From the IMG/VR virus record IMGVR_UViG_2925677529_000001, positions 1,341 to 65,340 of that record: 64,000 nt of DNA; one strand, written 5' to 3'. A model generated the notes under the pieces. That model saw only the letters and a list, made by a program, of their open reading frames with translations. It searched no databases and was not told the DNA's origin. Every line of letters starts with the position of its first letter. Positions within the stretch are counted from its first letter, which is position 1. The position numbers and the translations under genes are program-made. The DNA comes from a virus (lineage: Duplodnaviria; Caudoviricetes). Shown here piece after piece: positions 37,953-46,549 of the stretch.

Positions 37953-38255
37953 TCAGAACGCCTGCGGCGGCAGCTCGCCACCCGTCCAGCGCGTAATCAA
38001 CTCCAGTTGCTCAGCGTCACGGTAATCCAGATCGAACGGAATGAACGTCTCGATCGGCAGCCGATGCACAGGGTCGAGCGTGACTCGGCGAAGCGAACTC
38101 TCTTCCGTAGTCCACCCCGTGGCCTGCTCAAACGACCGCACCGTCTCCACGAAGTCACGCACCCGGTGAACCCGCATCCACATCTGCCGCTCCGGATGCA
38201 ATACAACGTCACCCTCGACGAGATCGGTAACCGCCACCTGCCCCGTGTTCTCCAC
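37953..38255 (-). CDS. Hypothetical protein
   Basis: Fills the gap after TerL on the coding strand. Confidence 0.55.
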   Translation of the reverse strand: MENTGQVAVTDLVEGDVVLHPERQMWMRVHRVRDFVETVRSFEQATGWTTEESSLRRVTLDPVHRLPIETFIPFDLDYRDAEQLELITRWTGGELPPQAF

Positions 38256-38286
38256 ACCGCGAGCATCCCACGAGCTGGCCGCAGAA

Positions 38287-39846
38287 TCAGCCGACCTGCT
38301 GACGCCACCACTCCATCGACGTCACATTCCCGCCGCCACCGCCAGGCGCAACCCCGCCCCCCGGCGAATCCAACGGGCTGGCCAAATCCCACTCCAACCC
38401 CGCCGAATGCACACACTCGTCGTGACCAATCACCAACGCCGCCAAGTTGTCCGGCTGGTGCTGGCCGGCCTGCCACGCGATCGCCTTCGCCTCGAAATCC
38501 GGGAAGTACCCGGCTAGGCGGCAGGTGCCCACCTCGAGCGCCTGCAGCAGCGCCGAGCTCCTGGCGATCGCATCCCCCACCCGCGGTCGGCCCTTCGGTG
38601 GCCACGACGTCACCCGAATCGGATGCAACACAGTGCCCTTGGTCGTCAGCTCCCGAACCCGGGCCCGCTCCAACGCCTCATTGACCACCCGCGTGTACGT
38701 CTCCCGAGCCGCGAAACCCTCCACCGTGATCTGGCTGGCCCCTACGTCGAGCGCCAACTGAACAGCCTCCCGCGCCCATTCGTCCGACGTCATCGGCGCG
38801 CTCTTGTCCGCGATCATCGCCACCACACCGCCCGACGTCATCGACGTGGCCACCAGACCACACGCGTCGCCCTTACCCGAATCCGACGGGTCCACCGCCA
38901 CCACCGTGAACACCGGCGACGACGGCGCCACCGGCAACCGCCAAGACCCCAACCAATCCGACTTCACCAAACCACCCGCCGGCGTCGACGGCACACCCAT
39001 GTACATCGCGTACCAAGCCCGCTCCCCCGACGTCCGCCGCATCGCCCCGAAATGTTCCGGCGTATAACCCAACGCCGACACCATCGCCACACCCGGCGGC
39101 CGACGCAACGCATCCGCAATCCCCGACTCGCTGACCGCCGGAATGTTCGTGTGCCGCCACCGCTCCGGCTCCTGCGCCAACAACGCCCCCGCCAAATCCT
39201 CCTCATGCCACCTGGTCATCAACACCAAGCACGAACCACCCGGATGGATACGCGTCGCCAACGTCGACCGGTACTCGTTCAGAATCCGCTTCCGATGCGC
39301 AGCCGAATCCGCCTCCGAAGCGTCCTTCAGCACATCGTCGATGATCATCAAATCCGCGCCATGCCCAGTGATACCCGAGCTGATGCCCGCGGCCAGCACG
39401 CCGCCCTGATGCCCCTGCACATTCCACCGACCGACTGCGGTCTTATCCGGCGCGATGCTGTACCCGAGAAACTCGCCGTGCTCACGGATGATCGCCCGCA
39501 CCTTCCGAGAATGCGTCTGCGCCAGATCATCCCCATGCGAGACGACGACGATCCGCATATCCGGGCCCTTCATCGGAAACGCAGGATCAGGCATCAGCGC
39601 CCACACCGGCGTCCAGATCGCGAACAACTCCGACTTACCCGTCCGCGGTGGCGTGTTCACGACGTCCCGCTGGTCCGGCTCGGTCACCCACCGCACAGCG
39701 ACGTCGGACAGCAGGCGAATCGTCGGCGTCACACGGAACTTCGGATCCAGCAGCCGCGCCAGCTCCGCCGGCGACGACGGGCGACGTGTGGCGCGCATGG
39801 CCTTGACGTGGCGAATGGCCGCGAGGGTCCGCACCGGGTCTGACAT
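38287..39846 (-). CDS. terL: Terminase large subunit
   Basis: PPRTGKS Walker A, MIIDD Walker B, MTRWHEEDLAG, VAVDPS nuclease motif. Confidence 0.93.
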   Translation of the reverse strand: MSDPVRTLAAIRHVKAMRATRRPSSPAELARLLDPKFRVTPTIRLLSDVAVRWVTEPDQRDVVNTPPRTGKSELFAIWTPVWALMPDPAFPMKGPDMRIVVVSHGDDLAQTHSRKVRAIIREHGEFLGYSIAPDKTAVGRWNVQGHQGGVLAAGISSGITGHGADLMIIDDVLKDASEADSAAHRKRILNEYRSTLATRIHPGGSCLVLMTRWHEEDLAGALLAQEPERWRHTNIPAVSESGIADALRRPPGVAMVSALGYTPEHFGAMRRTSGERAWYAMYMGVPSTPAGGLVKSDWLGSWRLPVAPSSPVFTVVAVDPSDSGKGDACGLVATSMTSGGVVAMIADKSAPMTSDEWAREAVQLALDVGASQITVEGFAARETYTRVVNEALERARVRELTTKGTVLHPIRVTSWPPKGRPRVGDAIARSSALLQALEVGTCRLAGYFPDFEAKAIAWQAGQHQPDNLAALVIGHDECVHSAGLEWDLASPLDSPGGGVAPGGGGGNVTSMEWWRQQVG

Positions 39847-39885
39847 GCGGCGAGAGTGTCAGTTGATGGTGCGAACAATAGTGTC

Positions 39886-39914
39886 TTGCACTTATCGAAT
39901 AAGTGCCCTACACT
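39886..39914 (+). promoter_or_regulatory. SigA-type leaderless promoter with palindromic operator for the TA operon
   Basis: TTGCAC-17-TACACT-7-ATG; GCACTTAT-CGA-ATAAGTGC at 39888..39906. Confidence 0.8.
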
Positions 39915-39921
39915 TTAGGTT

Positions 39922-40254
39922 ATGGCGATCGACATCCAACCCACCGGCTGGCAGCACAGCATCACCGCCACCGAAATCTTCGCCATCATCGCCTACCCCC
40001 TCTTCCGCTACGCCATCACCACCCCCGGCTTCGAGCACCTCGCCACCTTCATGTTCGTCGGCCGCATCAACAACGAAACCCCCATCGAGGTCGCCGCCAA
40101 CGACGTCGACGGCCAGACCTGGGCCGTCTTCCACGCCATGCTCCTCACCACCCGCGTCGCCAACGAAGTGCTTGAGGTCAGCCAAGGCGCAAAGGACCTC
40201 CGCAACGACGTTGCCGCCAAGCAACGTCCCTTCATCGGACCGCAATACACCTGA
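39922..40254 (+). CDS. Putative type II toxin (BrnT/RelE-like fold)
   Basis: HSI..EI..FVG..PIEV..VFHAM pattern; precedes an RHH protein. Confidence 0.6.
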   Translation: MAIDIQPTGWQHSITATEIFAIIAYPLFRYAITTPGFEHLATFMFVGRINNETPIEVAANDVDGQTWAVFHAMLLTTRVANEVLEVSQGAKDLRNDVAAKQRPFIGPQYT

Positions 40255-40266
40255 AAGGAATCCGCC

Positions 40267-40683
40267 ATGGCCAAGAATGAACCCGTCGACTACGCCGCCC
40301 TCAGCCGCGCCGTCGAATCCGGCGACTACGTCGTCAGTGGCCCCCTCGAAGACGGGGCAACCCTCCGCATGGGCCGCCCCGCCAAGGGCGCCCAGTCGGC
40401 TGGCAAAACCCCCAACCTCACCGTCCGCGTGGACCCGAGCATTCGCGGCATCCTGCAGGCCATCGCCGACGACAAGGGCGTCAAAGAATCCGAGATCGTC
40501 CGCCAGGCCGTCCTCGAATTCATCGAATGCCACCCCGTCGGGGAACTCGCACCGGCGGTCTACACCGTCGAGGACAACGCCGGCCACGTCCTCAGCATCC
40601 ACCGCACCGAGCAGGGCGCCGAAACGGCACTGTCAGTAATCGCCGGGGCTATCGGAATCAACAAGCAGCTGATCGAACGCTGA
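40267..40683 (+). CDS. Ribbon-helix-helix antitoxin with C-terminal extension
   Basis: GRP..LTVRVD..SEIVRQAVLEF. Confidence 0.7.
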   Translation: MAKNEPVDYAALSRAVESGDYVVSGPLEDGATLRMGRPAKGAQSAGKTPNLTVRVDPSIRGILQAIADDKGVKESEIVRQAVLEFIECHPVGELAPAVYTVEDNAGHVLSIHRTEQGAETALSVIAGAIGINKQLIER

Positions 40684-40684
40684 C

Positions 40685-40927
40685 TCACAACTCAACAACC
40701 CGGGCGGGCCCGACCAGCACATCGCACTCAGCGGTTTGCGTCGGGCCCGTCACTGTTCCGCCGCACCAGCACGTCCAGGTCGTGTGCCCACCACGATGGG
40801 AACCGCACGCCCGATGCCCCACGATCATCCGACCCGGCACGAACCGGTGTCCGGCCGGGCAATGCGTCGGCGCCAACCGCTTCCAGCCACCCGACGTCGA
40901 GCGCACAAGATCCCCAACCTTGGCCAC
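40685..40927 (-). CDS. Small Cys/His Zn-binding protein
   Basis: CPAGH..C..GGHTTWTCWCG..C; leaderless promoter. Confidence 0.65.
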   Translation of the reverse strand: MAKVGDLVRSTSGGWKRLAPTHCPAGHRFVPGRMIVGHRACGSHRGGHTTWTCWCGGTVTGPTQTAECDVLVGPARVVEL

Positions 40928-40981
40928 ACCACCAACGGTAAAACCGGGAACCGACCAACCGCCGGCCAGCGTCCAACCATC

Positions 40982-41161
40982 ATGCGAACCATCCGGATGA
41001 TCGACGCCGAACTCCGCGCCCTGGCCACCTACCGCGCCGCGTGCGCCGCCGACGGCAACCCCGTCCGAACCACTACCGCAGTGGACCGACTACTCGATGA
41101 CAGACACCTCGCGTGCCAGCCCGATTCAGTGCCGCCCAATGGCGCGAGCAATCGCCTCTAG
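40982..41161 (+). CDS. Small hypothetical protein (MRTIRMIDAELR..DRLLDDR)
   Basis: Divergent from the Zn-binding gene; recurrent mycobacterial small-protein pattern. Confidence 0.45.
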   Translation: MRTIRMIDAELRALATYRAACAADGNPVRTTTAVDRLLDDRHLACQPDSVPPNGASNRL

Positions 41162-41803
41162 CGCCTTCACCCACCGCCGCTGCATCCCCGGATCATCCCT
41201 ATTCCCCGGATAGCTCCCCGACTGGTCCCGCAGTGTGCCCATCGTGAGTTCATACGCATCGGTGTACTTGCGACCATGAGCGTCGACGTAGGAAATCGTG
41301 ACGGTGAAGTCATCAGGGACAGGCTCGTCATCGTTGGCGCCCTGGTAGTAGTTGTCCATCGCCATCCCGGGTGGAAACGTCGGGATCACACGGCTGTACC
41401 GCCGTTGAAGGTACGGAGTGAGCACGCCCACTCGTTCCTCACCGCCACCGTCAGCAGGGTCAGGAAGCGGCGGATCAAAATCGACTTTCACATTGCGGGC
41501 CACCGACTGACCAACATTGCGAATCAGCAGCTCGGAGTTCTGCGTCAAGACCGCATGCTTAAGTTCAGCGATGAGGACCGGGCGAGTCCTGTCAGCGCTG
41601 TCCTGCTTGAGTGACACCAACGTGAAAATCGCGACGACCGCGGCGGAAACCGTGGCAATGGAACCGAACGCGGTCCATGTAGTCGCAGGCACCGCCCAGT
41701 CCTTCACCGCGAGAACCCCAACGATGCACAACAGCACGACGAGCCCAACAACAGCAGCGACGACGAGCTTGACGACCTGCCCCAATCGAACGGGTTGCAT
41801 CAC
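41126..41803 (-). CDS. Membrane-anchored accessory protein
   Basis: Two N-terminal TM helices then RPVL..IRNVG..A.NV..VTISY.D..G beta-sandwich. Confidence 0.7.
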   Translation of the reverse strand: MMQPVRLGQVVKLVVAAVVGLVVLLCIVGVLAVKDWAVPATTWTAFGSIATVSAAVVAIFTLVSLKQDSADRTRPVLIAELKHAVLTQNSELLIRNVGQSVARNVKVDFDPPLPDPADGGGEERVGVLTPYLQRRYSRVIPTFPPGMAMDNYYQGANDDEPVPDDFTVTISYVDAHGRKYTDAYELTMGTLRDQSGSYPGNRDDPGMQRRWVKALEAIARAIGRH

Positions 41804-42135
41804 GACTCCCGAGGGTCGGTCTCAGCGTCCCGCCCGGCACCTTCGCCACCCTCGTCGTCATCGAATTTCTTCGGCTTCCGAACGATTCGCCCCGTTTCGG
41901 TACTGATCGTCTCGGTCGCGTCGCGGATCTGGCACTCCGCCAACTGCTCCGGCGTCATGCAGTCCGGGCAGATGACCTGGTAGACGAATCCGAACATGTT
42001 CTGCATGCCCCACGTGCGTTTCTCGTCCCTGTCCTCAGGACTGGGCCGACCGCACTTGATGCATTTGCTCATTCGCTCGGTGTACGCGTTGATGAACCAT
42101 TCCTTCAGCTTGTCCAGGTTCGGGTTTTCACTCAT
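41800..42135 (-). CDS. Small Zn-ribbon protein
   Basis: CIKC..CPDC; overlaps the resolvase stop. Confidence 0.6.
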   Translation of the reverse strand: MSENPNLDKLKEWFINAYTERMSKCIKCGRPSPEDRDEKRTWGMQNMFGFVYQVICPDCMTPEQLAECQIRDATETISTETGRIVRKPKKFDDDEGGEGAGRDAETDPRES

Positions 42136-42712
42136 CGCCACCATCCTTGTTCGCCGCCGCGCGGTTGCGCACGTTGTACACCGTCGCACGAGCAACTCCG
42201 AGCTCTTTCGCCAAATCCGTGGCGGACTCGCCGGCGTCCAGGCGGCGAACCACCTCGGCCACCTGGTCCTCGGTGAGTGCCGGTTTGCGGCCCTTGTACA
42301 CACCTTTCGCTTTGGCGATCGCGATTCCTTCCCGTTGCCGCTCCCGGATCATCGAGCGTTCGAACTCGGCCACCGCGCCGAGCATGGACAGCAGCAGCGT
42401 CGACATCGGCGAATCCTCGCCCGTGAACGTCAGGTTCTCCTTGACGAACTCGACCCGCACGCCGCGGGCGGTCAGCTCCCGCACGGTGCGCCGCAGATCC
42501 TCCAGCGACCGGGCCAGCCGATCCATCGAGTGGACCACGAGGGTGTCGCCCTCGCGGACGTAGCCGAGCGCCTCGGTGAGGGCCGGGCGGGCGGTGTCCT
42601 TGCCGCTGGCCTTGTCCTCGTACCGCTTATCGACCTCGATGCCGTCGAGCTGGCGTTCGGTGTTCTGGTCGACCGTGGAGACGCGGACGTAGCCGACTCG
42701 CTGCCCGGTCAT
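42128..42712 (-). CDS. tnpR: Small serine resolvase/invertase
   Basis: GYVRVSTVDQ, DRLARS, AEFER, KGRKP, C-terminal HTH. Confidence 0.93.
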   Translation of the reverse strand: MTGQRVGYVRVSTVDQNTERQLDGIEVDKRYEDKASGKDTARPALTEALGYVREGDTLVVHSMDRLARSLEDLRRTVRELTARGVRVEFVKENLTFTGEDSPMSTLLLSMLGAVAEFERSMIRERQREGIAIAKAKGVYKGRKPALTEDQVAEVVRRLDAGESATDLAKELGVARATVYNVRNRAAANKDGGDE

Positions 42713-42960
42713 CGTCCGGCCGCCAGCCATTCGACGAGCTGGTGTACGAGGTTCGCGGCGGCCTCACGGTCGAGAGTCACGGTGGCCTTGCCGTCGGCGT
42801 CGGAGGCGGTGAAGATCGCCACGTCGGGCCATGCACTATCGACGAACGTGCTGACGTCCAGGTGCAGTTGGTCGTGGTTGTCGGACTCGATGTCGCGATA
42901 GGTCTGTGAGCGTCGGATGCTGGTCGGCCGGCGGTCATCGGTGTCGGGGTTGGTGGTCAT
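42709..42960 (-). CDS. Hypothetical protein
   Basis: GGAG SD; ATGA overlap with the resolvase gene. Confidence 0.55.
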   Translation of the reverse strand: MTTNPDTDDRRPTSIRRSQTYRDIESDNHDQLHLDVSTFVDSAWPDVAIFTASDADGKATVTLDREAAANLVHQLVEWLAAGR

Positions 42961-42973
42961 CAGCGGCTCCATA

Positions 42974-43113
42974 TCGTCTAAATAGGTTCTAGACCAGACT
43001 AGTCCAGTGTCAAACAATTCGCCAACCACCTTTGTTGGACACTGATTGCGCTGGTCACGCCCAACGTTTCGACAATCCGCAACAGTTCACCACGGGTACA
43101 CCCCAGTTAGACA
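42974..43113. promoter_or_regulatory. Putative three-subsite res site
   Basis: GTCTAAATAGGTTCTAGAC; GTGTCAAACAA-N-TTGTTGGACAC; GGGTACACCCCAGTTAGACA. Confidence 0.6.
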
Positions 43114-43225
43114 GCCCTGGCTACGCCCGCTCCGCCTTTCGGCGGTGGCGGCGTCGGCGGCAACGGGCGCGGCCGAGTGTTGACGCCCGGCCGGTACCCG
43201 CCTCCACGTGGCGGCATCCAGCCCA

Positions 43226-43579
43226 TCAGGACGCCCCGTCCTCGTCGTCGTCGAACGCGGCCAGCGCCCGCTCGATCCACGACGGCACCGCTTCCACCAC
43301 CTCGACGCCCTGAGCGGCCCGGGACACTGCCAGCCACTCCGCCAGCTCATCGACCGGGATGCCATCGAGCCCCAACACCTGGCGGGCCACCGACACGTGC
43401 AGATCCCACAGCGGGTCACCCTCGCCGGCCACCCTGCCGAACAGCTCGCGGCACTCGGCCTGGACTGCGACGTCGAGCTGCGCGGTGTCCACCCGGCCGG
43501 TAGCGATGTCCTCCGCCACCGACATGGCTGCATCCACGCCGGCCTTCTTGGCGGCCTTCACCTGGTCGGCGGTGGTCAT
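43226..43579 (-). CDS. Hypothetical protein coupled to TerS
   Basis: CRELFG.V...DPLW.LH...ARQVL..DELAEWLAV; ATGA overlap. Confidence 0.65.
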   Translation of the reverse strand: MTTADQVKAAKKAGVDAAMSVAEDIATGRVDTAQLDVAVQAECRELFGRVAGEGDPLWDLHVSVARQVLGLDGIPVDELAEWLAVSRAAQGVEVVEAVPSWIERALAAFDDDEDGAS

Positions 43580-44046
43580 CGTTCAAGCTCCTCGGGTAGC
43601 GGCACAACCTCGGCGTCGATCGCGGCCTGCAGCTTGGCGCGGGTGTCGGTGATCATCTCCACCACGGTCTGAGTCACCTGGACGTCAACGACCTGTGGGA
43701 CAGCGACGTACAGCCCTTCGAGCTTGGCGCGTTTGTCCAGACCGTCGAGGAGCACCTTGCCGAGCTCGGCGACGTCGCGGTGCTTGCCGGCGTCGTGGGC
43801 TTCGTCGAGGCTGTCGCGGACGGTGCTGATGACTTCGACCATGACCTGACCGACGGCGCGGCGCATGGTGTCGATGTCGTCGGGCGGGTTCTTCTCGAGG
43901 AATGTCCGGACGGCCTTGAACGCGGAGTGTCGAGATTTGAACCCGACCTCGTCGGCGATCTCCTGCCATGTGCGCCCGCGGACCCGCAGGCGCCAGGCGT
44001 GTTCGGCGCGGGCTCTGGTTGTGGCTCTGTCGCCGCTGGGTGCCAT
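43576..44046 (-). CDS. Putative terminase small subunit
   Basis: N-terminal HTH (GRTWQEIADEVGF), C-terminal KRAKLEGL; late promoter. Confidence 0.6.
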   Translation of the reverse strand: MAPSGDRATTRARAEHAWRLRVRGRTWQEIADEVGFKSRHSAFKAVRTFLEKNPPDDIDTMRRAVGQVMVEVISTVRDSLDEAHDAGKHRDVAELGKVLLDGLDKRAKLEGLYVAVPQVVDVQVTQTVVEMITDTRAKLQAAIDAEVVPLPEELER

Positions 44047-44170
44047 GTTGCGCATTTTCTGTTGGTGGGGTGCGGGTGGTGTGGACTGCGGTCCGGTCTC
44101 GTCTTGTTCATTTTGGGGGCTGCTGGGTGAGTTACAGGGGTGTTTTTTGCCGCCTGGTGTCCACGGAGAG

Positions 44171-44440
44171 CTACGAATGGGGTGGTTCTGGTGTGGCGGT
44201 GGCGGGCCAGCCCATTTTGGCCCGGATTTGGGCGATTCCTCGGCGGGCGGTTTCGGTGTGGTCTTGGTGGTCGCAGACTTGGGTTCCGCGGTAGCCGTCT
44301 GGGTCGCACATCTCGCATGCCTGGATGGCGGCGGCGCGGTTGGTGCGGGCGTCGCGGGCTTGTTGGGCTTCCCAGAGTTCGGCGGGGCTGGGGCCGGCGG
44401 CGGCGCGTTCATCTGCGTACGGATCGGATGGGTCACGCAT
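44171..44440 (-). CDS. Small Zn-binding protein resembling the Rep C-terminus
   Basis: AAIQACEMCDPDGY..CDH. Confidence 0.6.
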   Translation of the reverse strand: MRDPSDPYADERAAAGPSPAELWEAQQARDARTNRAAAIQACEMCDPDGYRGTQVCDHQDHTETARRGIAQIRAKMGWPATATPEPPHS

Positions 44441-45323
44441 GGCCTGAACCCCAGTCGTGGTGAGTGCATCGGGTGGCGGGTTCGACGGGTTCGTGTGTGT
44501 CGGGGTCGAGCAGCCATCCGACGGGATCGCAGTCGGGGCAGTCGCGGATCGCGGCGTTGCGTGCCTTCTGCGCTTCGGTGGCTGCGACGGCTTGGGCGGC
44601 ATGCCATTCGTCGTAGCGCTTGCGTGCTCGACCGCAGGGACCGCAGGGGCGGTCGGTTCCGTCTGGGTGGCCGGGGCAGAACGGGGAGGGCTCGTTGAGG
44701 TCCGGTTTGGGCTGGGTCGGTTCGGTTCGTGCGGACCCGCGCGCACGCGTCCCCCCAACGCAACCATCTACGGAAGGTGAGAGCTGATCTACAACTGAGC
44801 TACAGCTGGGGGGTTCCGGAAGGGTTCGGGAAGGGTTACCCGTTTCGGAAGGGTTCGGGAAGGGTTCTGAAAGGGTTTCGGAAGGGTTCCAACCGGCGTC
44901 GATCTCGTTGGCCACGGCGGTCGCTTCGGCTTTGTTCAATCGGTGGAGCTCGACGGCGAGAACGGACCTCAATTTCGGCGACACAACGGCTCTCGCGGCC
45001 TTCAATGCAGCCTTGAGAATGTTCGGTGAGCGGGCCGCGATGCGCCTGATGTAGGACCGCACGAGCAGCTCGTCGGTGTCGGTGTCGTAGTAGACGAATC
45101 GGGCCGCTTCGAGCGCCTTGAGGTCGCCCCAGATGTCGTCGGCGGTGAGTTCGTCGCAGCCCTTGGCGAGCAGGTCAACGTGGAGTGTGAGGATTCCGGC
45201 GCAGTCGACGTCGCGCTGGGATAGCAGTTGCAGGAAGGTGCATTGGGCGAATCGTGGGAGGGCGCGGAAGTCTTTGTCTCGCCGCCAGATCGCTTCGTCG
45301 ATCATTGCGAACGCGTTAGCCAT
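44433..45323 (-). CDS. Replication initiation protein
   Basis: IWRRDKDFRAL..AGIL..ELLVRSYIR N-domain, iteron-coding linker, C-terminal Zn ribbons. Confidence 0.75.
   Translation of the reverse strand: MANAFAMIDEAIWRRDKDFRALPRFAQCTFLQLLSQRDVDCAGILTLHVDLLAKGCDELTADDIWGDLKALEAARFVYYDTDTDELLVRSYIRRIAARSPNILKAALKAARAVVSPKLRSVLAVELHRLNKAEATAVANEIDAGWNPSETLSEPFPNPSETGNPSRTLPEPPSCSSVVDQLSPSVDGCVGGTRARGSARTEPTQPKPDLNEPSPFCPGHPDGTDRPCGPCGRARKRYDEWHAAQAVAATEAQKARNAAIRDCPDCDPVGWLLDPDTHEPVEPATRCTHHDWGSGHA
44811..44890. repeat. Iteron array / probable replication origin
   Basis: Seven AAGGGTT copies plus one partial, mostly at 10-11-bp spacing, inside the rep gene. Confidence 0.8.
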
Positions 45324-45327
45324 GGAT

Positions 45328-45618
45328 TTATGCACCGACCGTTTCGTAGCGGACGAAGTTATGGATGGGGTCAAGCGTTTGGATCAGGTGCCGCTCGTGG
45401 GCTGCGGCAGCTTCGCGGCTTTCGCAGTGGGTGATGACGACGCGGGAGATGTCGCTGTACCAGGGCTTGCGGGGCTTCTGGTTACGGTGCCCAGCAAGGC
45501 GGTTGATGAGCTCTTGCGTCATGCCGATGTACAGCGGGCGGTCACCGTCTGCTGGGTACAGGGTGTAGACGATGTTGCCGTCGACCTCGCCGGCCTGGTT
45601 AGTCCACTCGAACTTCAC
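45328..45618 (-). CDS. GIY-YIG nuclease domain protein
   Basis: IVY..LYIGMT..RLAGH..E..I....PIHN. Confidence 0.8.
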   Translation of the reverse strand: MKFEWTNQAGEVDGNIVYTLYPADGDRPLYIGMTQELINRLAGHRNQKPRKPWYSDISRVVITHCESREAAAAHERHLIQTLDPIHNFVRYETVGA

Positions 45619-45797
45619 TGTCCGACCTCCTGGCTGCTGGTGAACATGGCATCGATCTCAGCCAAGTCGTATCGGACGGTGCGGCCGATCTTGTGACCGG
45701 TGATGAGTCCTTGTGCCCGCCAACGGCGGAGTGTGCTGGCGGAGACGCGAGCGTGTTCAGTGGCCTCCTGTTCGGTGGCCCAACGTGGTTGCGTCAC
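45615..45797 (-). CDS. Excisionase-like HTH protein
   Basis: EATEHARVSASTLRRW..GHKIGRTVRYDLAEID. Confidence 0.75.
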   Translation of the reverse strand: MTQPRWATEQEATEHARVSASTLRRWRAQGLITGHKIGRTVRYDLAEIDAMFTSSQEVGQ

Positions 45798-45988
45798 AAC
45801 TTCTCCTGAGTCCTCGTGACTGCTGTTGACTGCTGCTGCACGGTAGGGCTGCCGGGTGCAGGCTCGTCCCATGTTGGGCAGTCGGGGTGGTGCCCTTGGG
45901 TTTTCGGATGCCAGCCGCAGTCTGGGCAGCGGCCCATGCCGATGAGTTGGGCGCGGGTGAACAGCAGCCGGATCTTCGGATCTGTCAT
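45794..45988 (-). CDS. Small hypothetical protein
   Basis: CPDCGWHPKTQGH; 4-nt overlaps. Confidence 0.6.
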   Translation of the reverse strand: MTDPKIRLLFTRAQLIGMGRCPDCGWHPKTQGHHPDCPTWDEPAPGSPTVQQQSTAVTRTQEKL

Positions 45989-46272
45989 CGCGGTTGACCG
46001 GGCCCTTGTGCCGGGTGCTCGTCGGCGTGCATCGGGCAGTACGTGAGCGCGTAGCCGGTGTACGGGTCGCCGTGCTCGCGGACCGACCAGCCTTCGGGCA
46101 GATACTCATTGAGGCGTGCGCCGTCAGAGTGCACAGCATTCCCGTGCCAGTCGGAGGCGTACACGTCGACCGCCTCTTCGGCTGCCCATGGAGGTTCACC
46201 GGGGCCGGGCTGTCGCGGGCCCTCGTACCCGTTGCATCCGCTGTGGTCGCACTCGAACTCGACGCTGATCAC
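45985..46272 (-). CDS. Hypothetical protein
   Basis: ECDHSGC..GW..YCPMH; AAGGAA SD. Confidence 0.55.
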   Translation of the reverse strand: MISVEFECDHSGCNGYEGPRQPGPGEPPWAAEEAVDVYASDWHGNAVHSDGARLNEYLPEGWSVREHGDPYTGYALTYCPMHADEHPAQGPGQPR

Positions 46273-46273
46273 T

Positions 46274-46549
46274 TCAGTTGTTCCTTCCGATTCGGTAGCC
46301 GCCTCGGGGTGGTTTCCCTGGTGGGTATGAGGGCCGGCCTTTGTCGTTGCGTTCGAATCCGGCCCAGACGCCGTATTTCTCGCGTTGCGCGTTGGCGGCC
46401 GCCATGCACTCAGGTCGGACTGTGCAGGTGGCGCAGATGGATTCGGCGACCTCACGTGTTTGGTCGTCGGACGGATCGGGGAAGAACAGCTCGGGGTCTT
46501 GGCCCCGGCATGCTGCGCCGGTGCGCCAGTCGGGTTGTGGGGTGGTCAT
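46274..46549 (-). CDS. whiB: WhiB family transcription factor
   Basis: AAC..DPELFFP..CATCTVRPEC..GVWAG. Confidence 0.9.
   Translation of the reverse strand: MTTPQPDWRTGAACRGQDPELFFPDPSDDQTREVAESICATCTVRPECMAAANAQREKYGVWAGFERNDKGRPSYPPGKPPRGGYRIGRNN

Noticed and set aside
42128-43113. Invertase-driven tail fibre shufflon
   Set aside because: No second inverted crossover site or alternative fibre tips seen; the enzyme is far from the tail genes
44811-44890. CRISPR-like repeats
   Set aside because: 7-10-bp units without spacers, inside a CDS; they fit iterons
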